The notes under the pieces: model-generated
The model's database searches: none
Seen by the model: the letters and a program-made list of their open reading frames with translations, nothing else
What the model was told of the DNA's origin: nothing
Position numbers and translations under genes: made by a program
Assembly: GCA_016187125.1 (NCBI GenBank)
Contig: JACPKF010000002.1
Location: 1,469 to 65,468 of the forward strand
Direction of reading: 5' to 3'
DNA from: Candidatus Saccharimonadota bacterium
GTDB taxonomy: Bacteria > Patescibacteriota > Saccharimonadia > Saccharimonadales > UBA10212
DNA: 64,000 bases
In this document: positions 46,532 through 53,691 of the stretch, piece after piece
Position numbering within the stretch: the stretch's first letter is position 1
How the letters are laid out: every line of letters begins with the position of its first letter

Positions 46532-46658
46532 CCTAGTAGTAGACTTTCTGTTTGGCTATCGCCAAGCTCTTAATAACTACGCCTATCTTGAACCGAGTAT
46601 GAGATTTTATCTCATCCACTGTTGTACTGCGAAGCAGTACAGAAAGCTTACTACTAGG
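46532..46658 (-). ncRNA. candidate structured 5' leader (20-bp outer stem enclosing three hairpins) abutting the start codon of the 378-aa gene
   Basis: cctagtagtagactttctgt (46532..46551) pairs with acagaaagcttactactagg (46639..46658) at 18 of 20 positions. Inner hairpins are atgagat-ttt-atctcat, tgtactgc-gaa-gcagtaca and ttggc-tatc-gccaa. Confidence 0.4.
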
Positions 46659-46752
46659 CATAAGCGTTATTGTAAGCTATTAATTCTAGCTATGCCAGAG
46701 TAACGGTACTGACTCTCAAAAATTCCGGCCGGGCTGGGTCCAACGTAACTTT

Positions 46753-47532
46753 TTACCAATCGTGTTGATTGTTGGGTATATTCCAGTATTTTGTTTGGGC
46801 AGCATAATTCGTCAACCAGTCTATTTGCCACTGTGGGGCACCAATTTCAGTTAGTGCATCAGCTTGTATTGCTATACACTCCAGCTCAGCTTTTTCGCCA
46901 AAAAACACATCCTCTGGCACCACTTGGCCTGGATGTTCTTTCTCGTACTTACGATACTGCAATGCATGGTTACCATCATGGACCATTGTGCTTGCAAACC
47001 AAGCCGTGCCCGCTTCAAACAGCCTATCGCTAGCAAAAAATCTAGGCGGTGTTTTTTCTACTTGTATACTCGATCCACTTTTTACGCGTAATATTATTCC
47101 CATATTATCAACAACCATTTTAAAATAGTCGGGCGCTTTAGATTGCAACAGATCAAGTGCTGCTTTGGTTTGTTCAATAAAATTATCATTACCAATGATT
47201 TTTATTTCGCCGACAGGACTTTTGTAAATTTCAGTATATACCGCATTTATCTCCTCCCGCATGAATTTACTGGGGCGATTGGCCACTAAACTAAGAGGAT
47301 GATTGGGTTTAGGTCCGCCCTTGTTTATTAATGGTGCATTCGGACCACCTTCAAATATTCTGGCGTGAGCCACTTGAGTCTGATTAGGCCCACCCATAAG
47401 CGTAATAGTAGCAACACCACTGCCCGCAGCCGCGAGTACTTTGTGACCAAGGCCTCCTAATTTGCGTTTCTTTTTTTCTGGTGCTGGGTGTTTTTCTGAC
47501 ATTTTCAATGCTTTCAGTATTGAATATAACAC
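46753..47532 (-). CDS. hypothetical secreted or anchored protein
   Basis: 259 aa with a basic N-terminus and a hydrophobic segment. Confidence 0.5.
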   Translation of the reverse strand: MLYSILKALKMSEKHPAPEKKKRKLGGLGHKVLAAAGSGVATITLMGGPNQTQVAHARIFEGGPNAPLINKGGPKPNHPLSLVANRPSKFMREEINAVYTEIYKSPVGEIKIIGNDNFIEQTKAALDLLQSKAPDYFKMVVDNMGIILRVKSGSSIQVEKTPPRFFASDRLFEAGTAWFASTMVHDGNHALQYRKYEKEHPGQVVPEDVFFGEKAELECIAIQADALTEIGAPQWQIDWLTNYAAQTKYWNIPNNQHDW

Positions 47533-47553
47533 AGGTAGCTTAAAAAGTCAAAT

Positions 47554-47641
47554 TGGCGGAGAGGGAGAGATTCGAACTCTCGGTACCTTGCGGCACACTG
47601 CTTTTCGAGAGCAGCGCCTTCAACCACTCGGCCACCTCTCC
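47554..47641 (-). tRNA. tRNA-Ser (anticodon CGA), CCA encoded
   Basis: Hand-folded: acceptor GGAGAGG/CCTCTCC, anticodon loop CTCGAAA, long variable arm, T-arm GAGAG-TTCGAAT-CTCTC. Confidence 0.85.
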
Positions 47642-47661
47642 GCGTCGTCCGCCTAGGCGGA

Positions 47662-47710
47662 CTCCCTTTCAATTTTGTAAGAGTCTACTACGCACGACCC
47701 TACAAAATCG
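47662..47710 (-). promoter_or_regulatory. conserved hairpin leader motif, copy 3 (upstream of tRNA-Ser CGA)
   Basis: Minus strand reads attttgtagg-N18-cttacaaaat followed by tgaaagggag. The stem keeps pairing through compensatory changes relative to copy 1. Confidence 0.6.
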
Positions 47711-47772
47711 GGAAGACTAAGAAACAGAGGTAATTATACCCCGATTAAGACAGTTTTTGATATCATGGACTT

Positions 47773-47943
47773 ATGGGGAAAGGTTTTATTAGTTTTTTGT
47801 TGACGGTCGGGGCCTGCACCTGGATTTACGGTAAGTTCCAGCGCTACAGTGGCAATAACACCCAGCAATCCCTGACAGCAGTCGGCGTGGCCGGAGTACT
47901 GATTTTTATTGTCAGCTTTGTAGTATTAAGTCTTATCCTATGA
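47773..47943 (+). CDS. possible 56-aa two-TM membrane peptide
   Basis: Below the ORF-track cutoff. My translation is MGKGFISFLLTVGACTWIYGKFQRYSGNNTQQSLTAVGVAGVLIFIVSFVVLSLIL. No clear SD sequence is present. Confidence 0.3.
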   Translation: MGKGFISFLLTVGACTWIYGKFQRYSGNNTQQSLTAVGVAGVLIFIVSFVVLSLIL

Positions 47944-48058
47944 TGATTCGTTCCACTCACCATCAGCTAAAAGTCCTTAGCTCAGAGTCCTTAGCCACCT
48001 CATTTAGGTTAATAGCTAACAGCTCTCAGCTTTCAGCTACAGCGACGGAAGGAGCTGC

Positions 48059-48460
48059 TTGATGTCGGATAGTATTTTCAGCCGAATTATTAAGGGTGAG
48101 CTTCCCTGCCATAAAATCTACGAGGACGAGTTAACCTTCGCTTTTTTGGACATCCACCCTAAAACTCCGGGCCACGTTTTGGTAGTTCCAAAATCCGAAG
48201 TGGACAATTTATGGGACTTATCGGATCAAGATTACCAAGCTGTAATGCGAACGGCCAAGAAAGTCGCCCAGAAGATACAAGAAATTCTGGCGCCCAAGCG
48301 GGTAGGCCTGATGGTAGAAGGCATAGCCGTACCCCATGCCCACATCCATGTTTTTCCTTTTAATTCCTTAGATGAATTTCACCACGTGCCGGACATGCAG
48401 GCCGAGCCCAACCACCAAGAACTGGCCGAAATGGCCAAGAAGCTTGGCTTCGGTAATTAG
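48059..48460 (+). CDS. HIT-family (histidine triad) nucleotide hydrolase
   Basis: Histidine triad VPHAHIHVFP. The likely start is the ATG at 48062. Confidence 0.85.
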   Translation: MMSDSIFSRIIKGELPCHKIYEDELTFAFLDIHPKTPGHVLVVPKSEVDNLWDLSDQDYQAVMRTAKKVAQKIQEILAPKRVGLMVEGIAVPHAHIHVFPFNSLDEFHHVPDMQAEPNHQELAEMAKKLGFGN

Positions 48461-48541
48461 TTCACTTTCTAGCCTTCTAATGCTATTTTCTAGTTCCTAA
48501 TTTCTATTTTCTGGTACTATAGTGCTAGATGAGGTGGCGTT

Positions 48542-49408
48542 TTGGGTAGTGTTACCAATGAAACAGAATTGGGTAAAAAATTGCAGCTGGCTCGCAAACG
48601 TGCCGGCTTAACCCAACAACAGCTATGCCAAAAAGCCGGTCTGTCTTATTCAACCCTGGCCAAAATCGAACGCGGCGCTATTCGTTCCCCCTCGGTATTT
48701 ACGGTTGCCTCCATAGCCAGCGCCACTAGTACGCCTTTAGAAGACCTGCTTGATTTAGATACCCAAAGTGGCGGCTCCCCTGCCCCGCCGAACGCCAAAA
48801 AACGCTCCAAAACCGGAATCAGATTTGTTTATTTTGATATTGACGGCGTTTTGATAAGGTTTGTTATGCACGCCTTTCCTAAAATAGCTCGGGACCACGG
48901 GCTTCAACCAGACGTCGTCGAAAATGCTTTTTGGCGTCACAACGACTCGGTTTGCAGGGGGGATATTAGCCTGGAAGAGTTTAACTCAGTCGTTGGCCAA
49001 GAGCTCGGCATAAGCGGCTTCAGTTGGCTAAAATATTATTTTGAATCAGCCGAACCAACTCCCGGAGCCATCGATTTTTTGAAATGGGCAGCCCAACACT
49101 ACGACGTCGGCCTTATCAGCAACCATATGCCCGGTGAGACCGAAGAGTTATTCAAACGCCAGATTATCCCTGAGCTGGACTTTAAAACCGTGGTTGATTC
49201 TTGCAAGGTGGGAGCTGTCAAGCCAGAGGCCAAAATTTATGAAACCGCCACTGAGCTGGCAGCCGCTACGCCACCAGAAATTCTGTTGATTGACGATAAC
49301 CGGACCAATTTAACGGCTGCCGACCGTGCCGGCTGGCAAATATCCTGGTTTGACCAGTTTCAACCGGCCGAGAGTATCGAGCGGGCCAAAGCTCAGCTGG
49401 AGTTTTAA
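48542..49408 (+). CDS. fusion protein: N-terminal XRE-type HTH domain plus C-terminal HAD-superfamily hydrolase domain
   Basis: HTH region LGKKLQLARKRAGLTQQQLCQKAGLSYSTLAKIERG. HAD motifs are FDIDGV (I), LISNH (II), K-containing (III) and LIDDNRTN (IV). Confidence 0.7.
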   Translation: MGSVTNETELGKKLQLARKRAGLTQQQLCQKAGLSYSTLAKIERGAIRSPSVFTVASIASATSTPLEDLLDLDTQSGGSPAPPNAKKRSKTGIRFVYFDIDGVLIRFVMHAFPKIARDHGLQPDVVENAFWRHNDSVCRGDISLEEFNSVVGQELGISGFSWLKYYFESAEPTPGAIDFLKWAAQHYDVGLISNHMPGETEELFKRQIIPELDFKTVVDSCKVGAVKPEAKIYETATELAAATPPEILLIDDNRTNLTAADRAGWQISWFDQFQPAESIERAKAQLEF

Positions 49409-52251
49409 ATATTTTTGACAGCTGTTTGGAAAGCCGCGATTTCGTGTTTGATAGCTTCTAAAAGTTGCTGCTCTTCGACTAATTGAGTTTTTGTTTGTTT
49501 GACTAATTCCTTCGGCGCTTTTTGAGTGTAAGATTTGTTAGATAGGCGCTTTTGCAGCAGCTTTATGGCGGCTTCTCGCGCCTTTTGGGAGGTTTTTAGC
49601 CGGCCTAAGTAGGCTTGAGCGGTTTCCCGGTCAATGTCCAGCCAAGCGGCGTATTTAGTGCCGGTTAGTCGTAAGCCCTTAGCTGCTTTAGCTTCTTTTA
49701 CCTGGCTTAAGCGTCCTAAACTTTTGACTAATTCTTTATTTTCATCAATCAGCGGCGCGGCTTTATAAAACAGCGCCGGTTTAGTAACACCAACATTGGC
49801 GGCTATTTGCCTGGACTGGGTAATAATTTCTTGGAGCTCTTTGAATTGGCTAACCTTAGCTAGATCAACTTTCTGAAATTTTGGCCAAAGCTGCGAGGCC
49901 AGCAAACTCTCCTTTTCCAAGGCCAGGCCTTGGAAAAGGTTTTTATCCTGAGCAGAGTCGCCCATTCGACCTTGCTCAGGGCGGTCCTGCCCATTCGACG
50001 AGTTCAGGGCAGCCTTAGTGTTAATCGAAGGCTGAGTTTTGTCGAACGGATCGAAGGATTGCCAGATGGTTTCGGTAACAAATGGAGCAAATGGGTGGGC
50101 TATTTTTAGAGTTGATTTAAGCACGAAGGCCAGCACTTCTCTGTTGGGCGTTGTTTTGCTGACTTCTACGTACCAGTCGGCAAAATCATCCCAAACAAAA
50201 TGGTACAGCGCGTCATAAGCTTCGCTGAAACGGAAATTATCCAAGTCCTCAGAAACAGCCCTCGCCGCAATACTTAACTTGTTAAGTATCCAATGATCGG
50301 CAACCGATTTTGGCATAACACTACCCCTGTTATGACCTAAGGGTACGACCCTTAGACTTCTTCTACCTATGTTGTTCTCCTCGCCCTCTAAGGGTCGTAC
50401 CCTTAGGTCGTCTATGTAGCGGGCGATGTTCCAGAGCTTGTTAACAAAATTACGGTTGGCTACGATCTTTGACTTTCTTACTCGCTGGTCAGTTCCTGGA
50501 GAAGTGCCGGCTATCAAAGCCAAGCGCAGAGCGTCAGTGCCGTATTCATTTATAACTCCAACTGGATCAACGATGCTGTCTGGATCACTTTTGCTCATTT
50601 TCTTGCCGGTTTCTGTCCGCACTAGGCCATGCAGATAAACGGTTTTAAATGGTACTCGGCCAGTAACATAAGTAGTGGCTAGAATCATTCGGGCAACCCA
50701 GAAAAAGAGAATTTCATAAGCTGTTTCTAAGACATCAGTCGGGTGGTAAGTTTGATAGTCAATACTTTTGGCTAAAAGATCATCCAGCGATAGCGAAAAG
50801 TCCTTTGTCAGTTCTGGATCGACTAAGGTGCTCCAGGTCCAAAGCGCCGAGGAAAACCAGGTATCCAGCGTGTCCGGATCTTGCTGCCAGCCCTCTTCCT
50901 GCGGCGGCCTAACGCCTACATAAACACTGTCTTTGCTGTGGACCGCGGACTGTGGACTGTGGACTGATTCCTGTCTGTACCACACCGGAATCTGATGTCC
51001 CCACCAGATTTGACGGCTGATGCACCAGTCCCGCAGATTATCAATCCAGTGGTAGTAAATTTTCTCGAACCGTTTAGGCACAATCTTAATATCGCCATCT
51101 TCAATAACAGCTCTCATGACTTCCTTGAGGCTGCGTTTTTGACCCTTCCAATCTACCGCCGGCCGGTTGACATCAATAAACCATTGCAGTTTGATTTGTG
51201 GTTCAATAACACCTTTGCCGCGGCTATTTAAAGCGATGTTATGGGTGTATGTCTTGTCAATGCTGACCAATAAATTTTTCTGACGCAATTTTTCCACAAT
51301 TTTAGGCCGGGCTTCATCTATTTTTATAGCTTCGAATTCGCCGGCGATAGCTAAAAGCTTTCCATCAAAATCAATAATTTGTTCTTTTTCCAGACCGTGC
51401 CGCTCGGCGATTTCAAAGTCAGTGCGGTCGTGCCACGGCGTGATGGTCATCACCCCTGTTCCAAAGGCTGGGTCCACGGCCTCGTCTTTAATAATGGTGG
51501 CGGTAACTGGGCCATTGATCCATTCACATTCAAAAGTGTCGCCGGTTTTATATTGAGCGTAGCGTTTGTCACCGGGATGCATAACGACGTATTTGTCGCC
51601 AAACTTGGTTTCGGGACGGGCCGTGCTTATCTTAAAAGGGCCGTACTGTAAGGTGTAAAGTGGCGACTCCTCTTCTTTGTAAATAACTTCATCGTCAGAA
51701 ACCGTAGTTTCCAGATTGGGGTCCCAATTAACTATCCGATGGCCCCTGTAAATTAGCCCGTCTTGGTACATTTTTATAAAGACTTCGTTAACGCAACGGT
51801 TAAGTGCCTCGTCTAAGGTGTATCGCAGCCGGCTCCAATCGGCGCTGGCGCCCATAGCCCGCATTTGCTTAAGCATTGTACCTCTGTTACGATCGGCAAA
51901 CTCCTTGACCTTGGCAACAAAGGCTTCGCGGCCCAGTTCGTGTTTATTGGTCCCCTGCTCTGCCAGTTGTCGCTCAACTACAGAATTTGTAGCAATCGCT
52001 GCGTGGTCGGTTCCCGGTAACCAGAGAGCGTCGTAACCCACCTGGCGCGCATGCCTGATTAGAATGTCTTGAAGCGTTATGAATAATGCCCCGCCAAGGT
52101 GGAGGGTGGATGTTTCATTGGGGGGTGGCATGGCTATAGAGAAATGAGGTTTGGAGCTACTCGGATCAGCTATAAAGACGCCGCTCTTCTCCCAAAGGGC
52201 ATAAATATCGGCTTCATAATCACCTGCAACATAGGCTTTAGGTAATCCCAT
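49405..52251 (-). CDS. valS: valine--tRNA ligase carrying several repeat-derived in-frame insertions
   Basis: PPPNETSTLHLGGA (HIGH region with an HLGG variant), LWLPGTDHAAIAT, KMSKS (GKKMSKSD) and a C-terminal coiled coil; 948 aa. Confidence 0.9.
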   Translation of the reverse strand: MGLPKAYVAGDYEADIYALWEKSGVFIADPSSSKPHFSIAMPPPNETSTLHLGGALFITLQDILIRHARQVGYDALWLPGTDHAAIATNSVVERQLAEQGTNKHELGREAFVAKVKEFADRNRGTMLKQMRAMGASADWSRLRYTLDEALNRCVNEVFIKMYQDGLIYRGHRIVNWDPNLETTVSDDEVIYKEEESPLYTLQYGPFKISTARPETKFGDKYVVMHPGDKRYAQYKTGDTFECEWINGPVTATIIKDEAVDPAFGTGVMTITPWHDRTDFEIAERHGLEKEQIIDFDGKLLAIAGEFEAIKIDEARPKIVEKLRQKNLLVSIDKTYTHNIALNSRGKGVIEPQIKLQWFIDVNRPAVDWKGQKRSLKEVMRAVIEDGDIKIVPKRFEKIYYHWIDNLRDWCISRQIWWGHQIPVWYRQESVHSPQSAVHSKDSVYVGVRPPQEEGWQQDPDTLDTWFSSALWTWSTLVDPELTKDFSLSLDDLLAKSIDYQTYHPTDVLETAYEILFFWVARMILATTYVTGRVPFKTVYLHGLVRTETGKKMSKSDPDSIVDPVGVINEYGTDALRLALIAGTSPGTDQRVRKSKIVANRNFVNKLWNIARYIDDLRVRPLEGEENNIGRRSLRVVPLGHNRGSVMPKSVADHWILNKLSIAARAVSEDLDNFRFSEAYDALYHFVWDDFADWYVEVSKTTPNREVLAFVLKSTLKIAHPFAPFVTETIWQSFDPFDKTQPSINTKAALNSSNGQDRPEQGRMGDSAQDKNLFQGLALEKESLLASQLWPKFQKVDLAKVSQFKELQEIITQSRQIAANVGVTKPALFYKAAPLIDENKELVKSLGRLSQVKEAKAAKGLRLTGTKYAAWLDIDRETAQAYLGRLKTSQKAREAAIKLLQKRLSNKSYTQKAPKELVKQTKTQLVEEQQLLEAIKHEIAAFQTAVKNI
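50336..50407. mobile_element. 72-bp MITE-like element with perfect 20-bp terminal inverted repeats, inserted in frame in valS
   Basis: cctaagggtacgacccttag ... ctaagggtcgtacccttagg are exact reverse complements. 72 nt is 24 codons, which encode LRVRPLEGEENNIGRRSLRVVPLG in a variable part of ValRS. Confidence 0.65.
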
Positions 52252-52823
52252 CCTGTTAGAAGTCCTTCGGATTAGCTTGAATAAGGTAAACTAAATTAAA
52301 CTCGCAAATCGAGGTTTTTGATAAATTAACATCTGGAAGACTCCTAACGGGACCCATAGGGGTAAGTATACAATAAGTAGCTGACGGCAAATAGCATTAG
52401 AATACTCGTTTATAATTTCAACCGGCTACCGTAAACCATACTACTGTCAACTTGCTAGAACCCATTTCAATACCTCCTTCGGAGTTCGAGAGACTCAATT
52501 CCAGGTTAAAGATGACTGATTTCTTGCCACAAGCTGTACCCATTGGTACATCGCGAAGCAAAAATCAGTTAGATTGCCTGGAATCTGGTTCGCAGAACAA
52601 AAAACGGCCTTTCATATGAAAAGGGTTACCCTCAACTCTTCTGTTAACGCGTATCACAGAAGAACAGATCCGAATTGATTTATTTTTACCACCCGTGTTT
52701 GTTTTCAAATTAAGTATACCCAGTAGTGAGCTTTCAAGTCTACCCCAAAAGTGGTGTATAACTCGAGGAGCTTGAAAGTCTACTACCGGGTAGAACAGGT
52801 AAAAGAGTAGGGGACAAGACTAT

Positions 52824-53597
52824 CTAAGATTCAACCAGTACCAATAAAGGATGATGGTCTGATGGGCCTCTTTCGGCCACTTCCAGGCTAGTTTTATCAG
52901 TCAAATCGGGGGTGACCAGTACATGATCAAGCTCGAATGTGCCAAGAGGTATTCTACCAACGCGAAGCGGCCAAGTAGTTCGACGAGTGCTGCTTTGGAG
53001 GTCTCTCCACCCTTGTTTATTTGCCTCTTTTATTAACTTCTTGTTAACCCCAGTATTCAAATCTCCTAGAAGCATTTGTCTGCCTACTGCGGGGCCAATT
53101 TGCCTTAATATCGCCTGTCTTTCAACTGGGGGAGGGGAGTGATAGGAAGCATGGGTAGTATGAACTTTTAGTCCATCTACTACTAGTGTTCCAAGTTTGC
53201 GGGTATGGAATCTTGACTTTCTTCTTAAATGCTCAATTTTATGAAAATGAGCCCACTGTAAATGAGTGCTAACAAATCTACTACCTCCTATGAGAGTTAC
53301 AAAATCCGGGTCACGGCTGGCAAAACTCAGACCTTCAAATAAAGGTAGAGTTTTAAAGACTGTGGTGAGGCTGATATTAACTTCAAACCCCTCTTGCTCT
53401 AGTAACTCAAGAAGGGTTTCGCCATTGTAGTTTGATCTTGTTAAAGGTGCGGTTACTTCACTCAAGCTTAGTAGTACAGCTCTCGCTCCGGCCTGTCTTA
53501 ATCTTGCTTCTTGTAGCTCGATATGGCGGAACTGATCAGCTGGTTGGGCTTTATCGCAGACGTTCCAACCAATAACACCAAGAATTTCGGCAGCCAT
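52824..53597 (-). CDS. endonuclease/exonuclease/phosphatase (EEP) family protein
   Basis: LLGDLNTG and PSDHHPLLV are terminal EEP motifs. Confidence 0.7.
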   Translation of the reverse strand: MAAEILGVIGWNVCDKAQPADQFRHIELQEARLRQAGARAVLLSLSEVTAPLTRSNYNGETLLELLEQEGFEVNISLTTVFKTLPLFEGLSFASRDPDFVTLIGGSRFVSTHLQWAHFHKIEHLRRKSRFHTRKLGTLVVDGLKVHTTHASYHSPPPVERQAILRQIGPAVGRQMLLGDLNTGVNKKLIKEANKQGWRDLQSSTRRTTWPLRVGRIPLGTFELDHVLVTPDLTDKTSLEVAERGPSDHHPLLVLVES

Positions 53598-53691
53598 TTA
53601 ACAAATAAAACACTTTTTAATGCCTATCGTCAAGCCTAACATTGACAAATAAATATAAGTATTTTAATGCTAAGATGTTAAAACAAACTGG

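Noticed and set aside
52252-52823. RNase P RNA, tmRNA, SRP RNA or a T-box leader in the ORF-free region upstream of valS
   Set aside because: Only fragments are present: gaaagtc within gaggagcttgaaagtc in the wrong order for RNase P, and GGGTGGTA without the rest of the T-box. There is no tRNA-like 3' end and no SRP GGAA motif. I could not support any known family by eye, so it is kept only as an unclassified candidate.
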